From: Camelus ferus
Lineage: Eukaryota
Direction of reading: 5' to 3'
Length of the DNA: 64,000 nt
NCBI RefSeq assembly: GCF_009834535.1
Contig: NC_045697.1
Span: 77,874,001-77,938,000, forward strand
Shown piece by piece: positions 1-12,384 of this stretch; position 1 is the stretch's first letter, and every line of letters starts with the position of its first letter. The notes beneath the pieces were generated by a model. That model ran no database searches. It worked only from the letters and a program-made list of their open reading frames with translations, and was not told the DNA's origin. The position numbers and the translations under genes were made by a program.

Positions 1-1625
1 GTTAAGAAGAAAGAATATACATGGATATCTCCCTTTTCACCCCATGCTATTTCAATATGGTTAGCTACATGCTTAAAAAAATTATCTCAGTAAAACAAGC
101 ATGTAAACTAGAAAGACAGCAATTATTACTGAGGAATGACAACTCAGGAGCAATTTACTGAACTTCGTCATGGACAGAGTGCTGAGGCTTAGCAGACGAT
201 AGAGGAGAGTCAGCCACTTCTACCAAAGCCCACAGAAAGGAATCTTTAAAATAAAAATGTTTGTGATATATGGCAGATAGGACACATAAATATGCTTTGG
301 CTAAGGACATCACAACGTTAATGGGCTGTATCTATATATTCTGTGACTGCTTAACTCAGTTGATCAAAGCAGTGGTCATAAAATATGATTGATGATGCTT
401 CAAAATAAGGGTCATAGATCATAGGTGACCTGCAGACTGGCCAGACTGTAGAGCAAAACATACTTCTGTGTGGTGTTGAGCTTCTCAGAAACAAAAGAGG
501 AAGGGACTACTTTTATTTTGATTGAATTTACATTAACATCAATCTTGTTGAAGGACACTGCATGCCAGCATTGCTGCTGGCAACAGAAACATGGAGAGTA
601 AGAAACCCAGACAATCTCAGAAGCATTCTGATGGAAGGGAGTCCATCTACCAGCACAGGCAATGAGAAGGAACTGGTAGAAAAAGCACAAGGTCTTTCTC
701 CTCCCCGTTGCTCCACTGAAGGTGGGGGACCTCACTGTTACCTCTTCTTCCTCTTTCTCAACCCTCTTTCACTCTCCAAATATGTACCACACAAAAGTAC
801 AGAGTGTGTAGACCACAGTGGAGTGGGTCAAGAGGAACTACCCTTTCTGAAGGTTTTAACAGAAGGGAAGAGATGTGGTAGAAATTCTGAGGAAGTACTG
901 ACATACTAATCAGTTCACAGATGAAAAATTCTGAGCATCTCAGTTTACAACACGGCAATCCTATATGCATGTGACGGTTTTGATTTCATAGGGGGCAATT
1001 ACCTTTGCTCTGTTCAGTGGCCGCCAACTGGATCCTTGGTTTCACTTAACTTCTTAGAAGAGGCATGCGGTTGTTCACAAAGAGAACAGGAGGTCAGTGA
1101 GGAAATGTATCACCTCTTCTGGAAAGCAAATAAATAAATAGATTAATTAATTAAAAAAAACAAAACTTAAAAGAATGATGGGCTGATGAATGAGTCAGTT
1201 TTGTAGCCCTGAAGATGAAGATGAACACGTCTCTACTTATATCAATAAAGGACGAATGTCAACTACCCAGTAGGTGTGGGAACAGTGAGCCAGCGCTGGT
1301 GGTTTAAGGGATGCTTTTTAGAAACTCATCCTTGAAATTATTGGATCTTCTCTCAGTTCACCATGTCTAAGAAAAGCTGTGTGTCTAAAAAAGAAGATCA
1401 AAACTAACAATGCATTTGAAATAATAATAAAGGAGGAAGGCAGGCATAGTTTCTCTTTATTTTTTCCTATTTTCAAATGATGAGTCACCTGTCCTGTTTA
1501 GGTAGGTGGGACTGAACTTACCAGATGGCTGCATCTTTTGCTTTACTTGAGAGTTTTGAATCAGGCCTTAGATTCAACAAATATACTTTATTTGAATTCC
1601 TCACACACTTCTTTAAAAAACACTT

Positions 1626-3120
1626 CTTTTTTTTTTTTCCTAGGGCAGTTTTAGATTTACAACTAAATTGAGGGGAAGGTACAAATATTTCACACAAACC
1701 TCCTGCTCTCACACATGCATAGCCTTCCCCATTATCAGTATCACTCCTCCAAAGAGTACAAGGATGAATCTACATCAACGCACTGTAATACCCAAAGCCC
1801 ATAGCTTACCTTAGGGTTCACTCTCAGTGTTGTATGTTCTATGCATTTGGATAAATGTATAATGATAGATATCCATCATTACTGTATCAAAGTATTTTCA
1901 CTGTTCTAAAAATCCTCTGTGCTCTACCTAATCATCTCTCCATCCCTCACCCCTTGGCAGGGCAACCACTGATCTCCTTACTGTCTCCATAGTTTTGATG
2001 CTTGCAAAATGTCACATAGTTGGAATCATATACTATGTTGCCTTTTCAGATAGGCTTCTTTCACTTAGTAATATGCATTTAAGATTCCTCCTTATTTTTT
2101 CAGTTTCATAGCTCATTTCTTTCTAGCACCGTATAATATTCCATTGTCCACAGTTGATGTGGTATATGAAAGACATCTTGATTGCCTCCAAGTTTTGGCA
2201 ATTATGAATACAGCTGCTATAAACATGCTCGTGCTGGACGTTTTAAACTCTTTTGGGTAAATATGAAGGAGCACAATTGTTGGGTCATATGGTAAGAGTA
2301 TGTTTAGTTTTGTAAGAAACTGCCAAGCTGTCTTACAAAGTGGCTGTACCATTTTGCATTCCCACCAGCAAAGTATCAGAGTTCCTACAGCTTCACATCC
2401 TCACCAACATTTGGTGTTGTCAGTGTTTGGGATTTCGCCTTTCTAGTGAGTGTGCCATTTTAATTTGCATCTTCTTGACGACATATGATGTGGAGTGTCT
2501 TTTCATATACTTGTTCGCTCTCTGCGTATCTTCTTTGGTGAGCTGTCTAATAAGGTGTGTGGTCCATTTTTTAATCAGGTTGTTTCTTTTCCTCTTGTTG
2601 AGTTTTAAGAGCTCTTTGTATATTTTGAATAACAGTCATTTATCAGATGGGCATTTTGCAACTATTTTCTTCCAGTGTGCAGCTTGTCTTTTCATTCTCT
2701 TGACATCATCTTTCACAAAGCTGACTAGGTTTTCTTCTATGCTATCTCCTAGAAGTTTTGTAGGTTTGTGTTTTACATTTAGATATGTGATCAATTTTGA
2801 GTTAATTTTTCTGAAGGGTGTGAGCTCTGGGTCTAGATTCATTATTTTTACACATGGATGTTCAGTTGTTCTAGCACCATTTGTTGAAAAGACTATCTTT
2901 GCTCCACTGTATTGCCTTTACTCCTTTGTCAAAGATCAGTGACTCTATGTGGGTCCATTTCTGGGCTTCCTATTGTCTTGAATTGACCTATTTGCTTATT
3001 CTTCTGTTAATATCACATTGTCTTAATTACTCTAGCTTTCAGTAGGTCTTGAAGTCAAGTAGTATCAGTCCTCCAACTTTATTTTTCTCCTTCATTGTTG
3101 TGTTGGTTATTCTGGGTTGT
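1626..3120 (-). mobile_element. L1 3' fragment (L1MC1/2-like), antisense in intron 3
   Basis: Poly-T at 1627-1638; L1MC-type 3'UTR (cccaaagcccatagcttaccttagggttcactct); ORF2 C-terminal remnants in ORFs 2113..2352 and 2636..2842. Confidence 0.85.
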
Positions 3121-3489
3121 ACATGCTTAGAATTGGGAGGTAAAAAGTCTGTACTTGCTTTGATTTATAAATTATGTCATGGCATAAAATAAATCCTAGA
3201 GACTTGGAGCTGTAGGTTATCAAGGTGTAGCTTATCAAGATGCTTCCCTCTCAGGAAAATTTTGAATCATTGTATTTTAGACTCTGAAGTAGAATAGTTT
3301 CATATCAAAAGGGTACTTTGGGTAGCAATGGATAAAAAAGCACAAGTGGAAAACATGTGTCTAAGGGCCCTTTTAGATGTGAAAAATCACATGCTTTATT
3401 TCCTCAAAGATAAATTACACAGAGATAGATATGTAGATAGAAACATAAATATTAAGAAGACAATATATGTTCTAAATAGAAAAAAAGGT

Positions 3490-3695
3490 AATAACACTTA
3501 AAAATATATCAGACACTATGCCAGCCATTATGTCTTACATTATTTCTAGTCATTGAAATTACTCAGTGAGTTATGCAGTATTCTTTTCCTTTACACATGA
3601 GTCTCAGAGATGCGAAGCAATTTGTCCAAGACCACGTAGAACTGGAATTCCAATTAGACTTATCTGGCTCCAAAGTCCACCTTCTTTCCACTATG
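3490..3695 (-). mobile_element. MIR SINE
   Basis: Antisense MIR core: gagtctcagagatgcgaagcaatttgtccaagaccac...tctggctccaaagtcca. Confidence 0.65.
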
Positions 3696-3774
3696 TCATG
3701 TGTCATATTTTTTGTGTTTTATCAGATGAAGAATTTTCACTGGATTTTTGTGTGTGTGTGTTTTTTTTAAATAG

Positions 3775-3895
3775 CTCACTATATATGTCCAGCCAGAGCA
3801 AAAACACACAGCTGAATATGCTGCAAATATAACTAAAAGTGTGTTTGATTATTTTGAAGACTACTTTGCTATGGAATATTCTCTTCCTAAATTAG
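3775..3895 (+). CDS. ENPEP: ENPEP exon 4 (LTIYVQPEQKHTAEYAANITKSVFDYFEDYFAMEYSLPKL)
   Basis: aaatag|CTC acceptor, TTAG|gtgag donor, 121 nt, phase 0-1. Confidence 0.95.
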
Positions 3896-6186
3896 GTGAG
3901 AACCATTTTTTAATTTTCTTATATTTAATATTGCCTTTGTTTTCATCCAGGTTAACTCACTTTCTCCAGTTTTAGCATCCTTAGTTAATGGTCATCTCTT
4001 ATTCTTTTTATTATATGCCTGTACTATGTGCCTAATACTTATTAGATGCTGAAAGATCCATTCTGGATTCCTCCAAAAATAACATCTATACTCTGTTTTT
4101 ACCCAATAAATGTATAGTATTTTACTTTCAAATAAAGATGTAAGTATATATGTAAAACTGCAGACATCAGTAATGATGGAGCCATAAACAGCAACCTAGA
4201 ATCAGTTGATTTCAAAATCAGTACCCATCCCAATAGCTTACACTGCCTCCCTACCATCAGTGAGCTGATAAATAATGCTGTCAGAGTGCCATGTATTTCC
4301 AGTCTTTCCACTATTGCACACAAATTCTAGATTCTCCAGCAGTTAAAATGAAACACTGGTGCTCCTTCCATAAATATTTCTTCCAACATTGAGGAGGGAG
4401 TGGAACATGTTTTCTTTTTAAAATAAAAATAGTGCTATAATCACAATGGTGTGGATACAATACTCCTATCATTAGCAAAAGTGGTTTTAGCAAAGACTTT
4501 AAATGTAAAGCCCAAAGAGATGTCTGTAGGGATGAAATGAAGGCAACCAGAAAACAAACCAAACAATAGTTGACTTCTCTATTTCTGTTTCTCTCCTTAC
4601 TTTAATAAATTACCAGTGCAAAGCAACTGGAATACCAAACTCTCTACATGGCAATGGCTGTGACCAGGTAACTTTCTGGATGCTACATTTAAAAAAAAAA
4701 AAATTGCTTAACACATACTTGGGAAGGAGACAGGAGGGGAAACAACTTTTCACCAAAGTCGGAATAATTTAATAAAATGTTGAGCGCATTAATTAGAAAG
4801 TCTTTTTTTCTCTTTATTTCTCTTGTACCACTCAGGATAACCTGGGATGTGGAAATCTCACAAATGTATTTCTCTCTTCTCTTTTCTTCCTCTTTCTCCC
4901 CATTCCTTCTTTTTCTTTATACTTTCATCTACATTTTCAACCCTTTCAGAATTGACTTTATCTTAGACTATCCTGACAATTGACTTCTGTATATATTACA
5001 CCGCCCCAAAATTAAAAGCACTAGAGCTAATTAATTATAATGTCAATACTCACAGGGAAATGAGGTTACAAAAAATTCCTTTTGTTCATGAGTTAGGTAC
5101 ATGTGACACTGTAACATTATGGAAAATACTGGCCCTTCGGGAGAATAGTTCTCCAACCTTTAAGTGGTATTCTCATGACAAAATAACCAAATCTAAGAAT
5201 GAAAATAACACTAAAAGGAAACTGCTGTAATTTTTACCTCCATTTAAGATGTATCCATTTTCGTTCTTTTATAAAAAGCTTTAAGAATTTTTATTTTAAC
5301 GAGAAAGGATCTTTTCTTAAATTTTAGATGAAAATTTAATTTATTTTCATATATGTGCCTCATTTAAATTGTATGTAATTAAAGTAATTCCATCCTTATC
5401 ATAGTTCATTAACTGGAGAAGCTGTGTTGTGCCCACTGATCAATCTCAACCTTTTCTGTCTGGGGATTTAATACAGAACTGATCAGCACTGCCTCTTCCT
5501 GTCAGATACTCTGTGTAAGATTATAGGTCCCAGCAAAAATAAGGAATAGAATGTCTAGATAGAATTCAACACTTCAGAAATGAAAGGGAATTTAGAGAGA
5601 ATATAGTCAATTCCACGTTGATCCAGCTAATTTAATACAGACATACGGTGGATGGTAAGTATTTAATTAGTAGGGAATCAGGTTGACCTCAAATTGTACA
5701 GAATTAGGGAAAAGTGGAATTTTGTATTCTCTAGTAATCTGTATCCTTGGATCGAAATATATTTCCATATGCTTGGAAACTCTACACTTCTAAGTGTTCC
5801 ATTTTCTCAGTCCTTTTTACAGCATATCCCCCCAAACAGAAGCTCTGTGTTATCAAAGTGAAAGTCATGGGGGAAAAAGCAAATAAAAATGAAATACATA
5901 AAGGAACAAAAGACATAGAACTATAGAGGACTTGAAAAGAGCATTGCCATTAATATCCTTCTTAAAAAATAAAAGACACATTGATACCTGGAGCCAACAG
6001 GAAAAGTTCCATGGAAATTTTGAGTTCATTAAGACTGAAAAGTTTACACAAATAGATGATTGTTTTTTACTCTAAGAAATTATTTTTAGCCTTTTTAAAA
6101 TACATTCATCCAAAGAACTTAATTTGGTAAGAAACATTATGAACACATGGAAAGAATGTTTCTCACCGGACTCTCTTTTTCCATAG

Positions 6187-6341
6187 ATAAAATCGCTATT
6201 CCAGATTTTGGCACTGGAGCTATGGAGAACTGGGGACTCATCACATACAGAGAAACGAACCTGCTCTATGACCCTGAGGAATCAGCCTCATCAAACCAAC
6301 AGAGGGTGGCCACTGTGGTTGCCCATGAACTTGTGCATCAG
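6187..6341 (+). CDS. ENPEP: ENPEP exon 5 ([23 protein letters not shown]...VAHELVHQ), carrying GAMEN and the HEXXH zinc motif
   Basis: ccatag|AT acceptor, CAG|gtatag donor, 155 nt; overlaps ORF 6147..6347. Confidence 0.98.
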
Positions 6342-6466
6342 GTATAGAACCTTAGCATCAACTTAGCTTGTTTTAAAAAGTGGCTTAAGACCAAAGGAAT
6401 AATTGAAATTAATAAACACTTCGTCTTAAAGAAACTTTTAAGACACATTGTTTTGCCTTTAGTAAA

Positions 6467-6581
6467 TACATGAGGCCTTCCTAGAACTTTAAATATTCCC
6501 AGAAATGCCTAAATAAAGGCAGTAAACTAAGGAGAATTTAAGATCCTTTAAAAACTAGGGATATAAAACAAGAAATAAATG
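6467..6581 (+). repeat. Local direct duplication, copy 1 (intron 5)
   Basis: 6467-6559 aligns ungapped with 7949-8041 at 83/93 identities by hand count; similarity continues to ...aaataaatg. Confidence 0.9.
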
Positions 6582-6713
6582 CTAAGTATGAAGCCTGCCT
6601 CTTCTGGGTCAAGTGACAAAATTTATATGAACAAATGAATCTTCTGAAATTATTTAGGTCTCTCTACCAAAGGCATGAGAATTTAACTATCTCTTTATTG
6701 TTTATAATTTCAG

Positions 6714-6827
6714 TGGTTTGGAAATATTGTGACCATGGAATGGTGGGACGACTTGTGGCTAAATGAAGGATTTGCTTCCTTCTTTGAGTTCCTGGGAGTA
6801 GAACATGCAGAAAAAGAGTGGCAAATG
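6714..6827 (+). CDS. ENPEP: ENPEP exon 6 ([38 protein letters not shown]), carrying the third zinc-ligand Glu
   Basis: tttcag|TGG acceptor, ATG|gtgagc donor, 114 nt, phase 0-0. Confidence 0.98.
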
Positions 6828-7214
6828 GTGAGCCCTAAACATATAAGTTCCAAATCTGTTTTCCTCATGCCAAGCAGGTTGAAGCCTTTGGACTATGACA
6901 ATGGCCCTGAGGTCAGGGCCAAATGCAGTGATGAATTGGGAATTCCACTGGGAGAACAAGGTGGAGCCAGCTGGCTCTGCTGAACTACATCTTGCTTAGA
7001 GCCTCTGCTCAGGCCCTAGAGGGCAACTGACCACCAGGATCTGAAAATACCGTGGGTAGAGTCATTCAAGAACATGTGCCAAGGCAGAAAAATATCTAGC
7101 TTAGATAATGCCAACTCTGTGTTCAAGAAAGTACCTGTAGTGCTAAGCCTTTGAAAAATGTCTAAGCCTAATTTTACAGATGACTTACCTTAGACAGGTT
7201 GCTGAAATGATTTG

Positions 7215-7400
7215 GTAAAGAGGTTAGCACACAAATTCAGTAGTTAGACTCAGGTTCAGATCCTGGACACATCATTTCTGAGATGCTTTACAGGAAATGT
7301 GACCTTGAGCAAGTTGCATATCCTCTCTGAGTCAGTCCTCTCCTCTATGAAAGAAGAATATTATTCTCCACCCTGTAAGCTTAAAAGCTCCCAAAACGTA
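7215..7400 (+). mobile_element. MIR SINE
   Basis: tgtgaccttgagcaagttgcatatcctctctgagtcagt MIR core. Confidence 0.65.
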
Positions 7401-7602
7401 CATGTAATTTCTATTATTATAGCATGTGTCCCTGAGGGGCCTAGAACAGAGGCTTCTATGAACTCTACAGACATTTTTCCCCAAAGCTACATCTGTTTTT
7501 ATTTGTATTTAGATTTTTTAAGTATTCTCATTAGTGTGTTTATATAAAATAAGTGTGTGGATATGTTAAGCAGTCTTACAGAAGGTCGTGTACTATACAG
7601 AG

Positions 7603-7621
7603 TACTGCCCTCTACTGGACA
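7603..7621 (-). promoter_or_regulatory. CTCF motif (strong), intron 6
   Basis: Minus strand reads TGTCCAGTAGAGGGCAGTA; the core matches CCASYAGRKGGCRS at 14/14. Confidence 0.65.
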
Positions 7622-7948
7622 GAATAAGAAGAGTGTTAGCAGCTTCAAGAGCTAACAATCCAAATGTCTTCTTTTAAAAAAGATTTTATATATATATATT
7701 TAATTTTTAAAATTCTAGCTCTTGAAGATATATAGGGGAGGGAGAATCAAATACTTAATATTTTTAAAACAATACATTCCTATGTCAATCACTGCAATCC
7801 TTTCCAAATAAAAAATTACTTTCCTAAACAAACAAAAAAACTTAAAAAAGAGAAGAATATTAGATGCTTGAAGCCCTTGTAGTTTTCACAACCTGCTTCA
7901 AAAAGTGAAAAATTTAATTTGCAAAAATTGCTTCTTTAAAAAGTAATC

Positions 7949-8065
7949 TACATGAGGCCTTCCTAAAACTTTAAATATCCCCAGTAATACCTAAACAAAG
8001 GTAATAAACCAAGGAGAATTTAAGATCATTTAAAAACCAGGAAAAAAAAAAGCAGAAAATAAATG
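7949..8065 (+). repeat. Local direct duplication, copy 2 (intron 6)
   Basis: Partner of 6467-6581; abuts a MER20. Confidence 0.9.
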
Positions 8066-8068
8066 TTT

Positions 8069-8277
8069 CAGGGTTTTTCAAGGATGGAACTATTATTTGG
8101 GCCAGCTAATTCTTTGCTGTGGGGGCTGCCCTGTGCATGGTAGGACACTTAGCAGCATCTCTGGCCTCTGTCTACTAGAGGCCAGTAACCCTCCATCCCA
8201 GTTGTGAAACCAATAATGTCTCCACATATTTCCAGATGTTACCTGCGGCACAAAGCTTCCCCTAGTTGAGGACTATT
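8069..8277 (-). mobile_element. MER20 (hAT-Charlie DNA transposon)
   Basis: Near full-length reverse match: cagggtttttcaa...ttagcagcatctctggcctct...aatgtctccacat...gttgagga. Confidence 0.85.
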
Positions 8278-9099
8278 CATCTATGTTGAAAATTGCTGAC
8301 TTCATAATTTCTGAAATTAAATTCATATAAATGAAAATTATTTTGTCCTTTATTTTCCATAAAGTAACCCTTCTTATATCGATATTATAAGAAGTTATAA
8401 CACTTCAATATTGTTATATTATACATAATATAATATGTAATATTTTGACATTCAATTTTTAGTGTTTCAAAAACACCAATTAAATATCAGAAGAATTTAG
8501 CTTTCAGATCTTAAGTGAAATTTAATCACATGATCCAACTCATTCATTCTCCATCCGTTCATTCATTCTTCATTCAGTGAACATTACGGAGGACCCAAAA
8601 CTGAATAAAACACACTTCCTGTCCTTACAGAAGTTCCCAATTTAGGGTCTAGTGGTGGAGGGGACAGAGAAACAAACATACATTGCAAGAAAGCTGGATA
8701 AGTACCACACTAGTGGTGTGAAAATTTTTTTCAGGTGAAAAATCTGATGCCCAGGAAGGTAATATGATTTTCCATAGTCACATAGACAATTGGAAGCACA
8801 ACCAAGATGAGAGTCAAATTTCCTGACATTGAGAACAAGATTCTTTCTTCTTACCTAAACATTTCAGGGGCCCCAAAATTAAAATCCAAGTGAAAATTAC
8901 CTTGATTGACAGTCATCACCTGTCAATAGTACCTTGCTTACTGTACTTTCCAATTCACAACATTGGAAACTGTAAACTAATACAGCATGCTACTTCTTGG
9001 AAATATTTTTGATTAAGTAAGACCAATAAAGCTTTTGATTTTTTATTAGTAGTGATTTAATAGAGCTAGATTTCAGAATCTAACTGATCAAGAATCAAA

Positions 9100-9330
9100 C
9101 TAATAGCAGCTACTGTGTTAGGTTTTCCCTCTATGCCAGGTACTTTGTCAAATGCTTATCATGCATCATCTCATTAAATCCTCTGCACATTTTTAGAAAG
9201 TAGATGCCATCATTACACCTATTTAATGAGTGAGGGAAATTACTTAAACTTGCATGTCTAGAAAGTGGAGAAAATGAGCTTTGGATCTAGGAAGTCTGAC
9301 TAGAGAGCTAAACCTCTCCACCACACCATT
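9100..9330 (-). mobile_element. MIR SINE
   Basis: tatgccaggtactttgtcaaatgctt...tctcattaaatcctc...tctgactagagagc. Confidence 0.6.
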
Positions 9331-9837
9331 TTGCCGAGAAAACTTAGGACTGGAATTAGAAGGTAATTGTTAGAACTAAAGCAAAAGCTAATGTTTTCTT
9401 CAGTCAATTATGAATTATCCAAATTCTAATGATTAGTTGACAGAAAAAGACCACTAAAGCATCAATTTTTGGCAAATCAACATGCCTCCTCACTTAATTC
9501 TCAGACAAATCTGTGAGGTGGCACAATCATGCCTGTTGCATAGATATGGAAACAGGGCTTGGAAAGTTTGGCACATGTTTGAAAGTCACATAGAATTAGC
9601 AGAAACAGAATTTATACATGCTTGTGTCTTCTTGGCCTGCCAGATAGAAGAGAACAGAATCAGTGTAGTCCAATCAGTGCAAAATAGGATTGATTTTAAC
9701 ATCTAAATCCTTGTTTTAACTAATATGAGTCATTTATGTTTATTTTCCCACCAGTTTGTATTATAAAAATGATAATTTGACATATACACCAGTATAAAGT
9801 AAGTGCTGAATCTCTTGGGTTCATTCTGTCATTTCAG

Positions 9838-9972
9838 CGTGACCAGATGTTACTTGAAGATGTATTACCTGTACAAGAGGATGACTCTTTGATATCTTCA
9901 CACCCAGTTGTTGTCACTGTGTCAACTCCTGCTGAAATCACATCTGTTTTTGATGGGATTTCTTATAGCAAG
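9838..9972 (+). CDS. ENPEP: ENPEP exon 7 (RDQMLLEDVLPVQEDDSLISSHPVVVTVSTPAEITSVFDGISYSK), carrying the catalytic Tyr
   Basis: tttcag|CGT acceptor, AAG|gtgggg donor, 135 nt. Confidence 0.96.
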
Positions 9973-11718
9973 GTGGGGGAAATATGACACTGTTTTGAAT
10001 TCTTCCTGTTTGGTGGCTTTTCTCTCAGTAAATGCCTAAAAATGGTAAGAACAGCTAGACTATGCTAATGGACTTAGAGAGACAGTGTAGAACTTATTCC
10101 AAGTGCTGAGTATTCAATAGTTTGTCACAGAATTCTGAATCGGATTTCTAAAAATCTGTCTTTTCACTTTTGTTTATAACGGCTCTCATTCTGACAACTG
10201 AACATTTACATGTTAAGCATCCAATTTAAAATTACTTGATTTTTTTTAAAAGACAGTAAATCTTTTTATGCCCTGTCGTCAATAAGAAATACCATACATA
10301 TGGCCACCTTTTCTAGCAGAATGCTTCCAGCAAGCATTTGAATGCAACTCTGTTTGAAGGAATTACTTTCATCCATTTTTATTTAAGATTTAAAGATGAT
10401 TTTGTTAGCATCTTGTGATGGGGCATTTTTAATACATTAAAATTTTATGAAAAGTTGCTGAAAATCCATAGTGGCCCAAAGCTTTATGTTACCCATTTTC
10501 TCCCACAACTTCTCCTGTAGTTTCTCCTCTAAACATATTTATTCCACACCTGTATGCAACATATTTTAGTCAATTTTCCACCTCAGCCCCTCATGATTTA
10601 CCCACTACGTTAAGTTGTTCAAACTGCAAACTAATACATTTTGTTGATGTGGATGTTACCTAAGTTTTATTTAAGATGAAATATTATAATTATTAAAATG
10701 AATACTAGATAAAATTGGCTTGAGTAAAAAGGCCTTCTATATATTAGTATTTGACATTAATAGTATCATATTTTTGGCTTTCCAGGATTCCTTTATTCAT
10801 TTTTCTTTTACATTGTTAATGATTCTTTTTATCTTCCTGTTAAAATGAAAATGTCTAATCTACTTATAGTATATTCTAATAATTCACATGGAGACATTTA
10901 TATTTATTAAATCAGTGTCTTCCTTTCTGGGTTTCAGGCATTAGGTCAGAAATAAATACATGTTTCTCAACCTTTAGCCTTCTACTCGGAACAAGAAAAA
11001 AACTTATACTTAATAAATTACAGTAAAAATTGTGACCTTAAATGGGGAAGCAATGTTTTTGTGGTCAGTAACTTGAAAGTTGATTTTAAAATTTATAAAC
11101 AGTGCATTTTAGAATTATAACATGTGAAAAGCCAATAGAGAGCAGAGATATTCATCAGGTTCTTCAGACTAAATAAAACCAAATGAGATAAACCACGTTT
11201 GAACAAAAAGATTTTATGTCTAAATTGTGTATCTATATTAAACTATTTGCCCAGATTAATTCCTCAGTTGTCTATTTCCCATTGTTAAATATAATTCTTT
11301 TTCAAAAGTATTGAAATATACTTAAGAAGTAGACAGAATTTTATCCTGAAATTGCTTTCCTCGTTCATCAAAGAACATGATTTTTCTAAAACTTTTTCGT
11401 TTCTCTTTCATTAGGAAGGCTCCATCTACTGGTTAGTTTTGTGAAGTGCAGTAATCATTTGAACCTCAAGTTACGGAAATGATGGCCATTTTATCAATTT
11501 CTCCTTATCTTTTAGTTATTTTAGGAGCATAGATACAGGGAGTATGCCAAGTGGTATTTTCATCCTAAAATCACGAGCAATACTGTGTAACTTAGCAGAA
11601 TCATCTTGAAAAAATTATCCCAGAAATACGATCATGAAAACCTAGCCACAATAGTGATCACTGTTATTTGTTTCTTATGCATCCTTTTAGTTTAACTTGC
11701 CATACTTTTCCATCACAG

Positions 11719-11784
11719 GGAGCTTCCATTCTGAGAATGCTTGAAGACTGGATAACACCAGAGAAATTTCAGAAAGGATGTCAG
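11719..11784 (+). CDS. ENPEP: ENPEP exon 8 (GASILRMLEDWITPEKFQKGCQ)
   Basis: tcacag|GGA acceptor, CAG|gtatga donor, 66 nt. Confidence 0.95.
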
Positions 11785-12039
11785 GTATGATTTACTACTT
11801 TTAATGGTATTGGAAGTAAACTACACTGATATGTGGCTCATGAATGTTAAGATATGTGATCAATTAAGGCCAATTCCCTTTTTACTTTTACTTTCCTTAC
11901 TCAGGAATAGACAATACAGCAAGGCACAAAAAGGTGATTTCACATCCAGCCTAGTACCTACACTGTATCTGTAATTGCCATTTAGCAGAAGTTTCATGGA
12001 GAAGGTCAACATTACTTATTTTAGGATGCCCTTTACATT

Positions 12040-12384
12040 TATATTAGCTCGGGCTGCCATAACAAGATACTACAGACTCAGTAGCATACACAACAGAAAG
12101 AAATTTTCTCAGTGTCCTGGAGGCTGAGGAGTCTGAGACCAATGTGCTGGCAGGTTCGCCCCCTTTTTGCTGTGTCCTCACACGGCAGAGAGAGAGAGAC
12201 AGAGAGAGAGAGAACCTTTTGGTGCCTCTTTTCATAAAGACACTGATCCCACTGTGAGGTTCCCACCCTCCTGACCTCATCTGAACCTAAATGCCTCCCA
12301 AAGGCCTCATCTCCAAACACCATCACACTGGGGGTTAGGACTCCAATGTGTGAATTTCAGGGGAATGCAATTCAGTCCATAGCA
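12040..12384 (-). mobile_element. MaLR solo LTR (MLT1A-like) with an internal GA repeat
   Basis: gggctgccataacaagatactacagact...ctcccaaaggcctcatctccaaacaccatcacactgggggttagg...ttcagtccatagca. Confidence 0.85.

Noticed and set aside
412..970. Overlapping ORFs of 62-115 aa in intron 3
   Set aside because: No recognisable domain or splice context; they look like chance ORFs.
2340..2942. 200-aa hydrophobic + strand ORF
   Set aside because: It is the antisense reading of a decayed L1 ORF2, and T-richness explains the hydrophobicity.
6828..6983. In-frame extension of exon 6 into intron 6
   Set aside because: A good ATG|gtgagc donor is present and the extension has no M1-peptidase similarity.
7012..7026. 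GCCCTAGAGGGC as a further CTCF site
   Set aside because: Two mismatches at the 5' end of the core; much weaker than the 7603 site.
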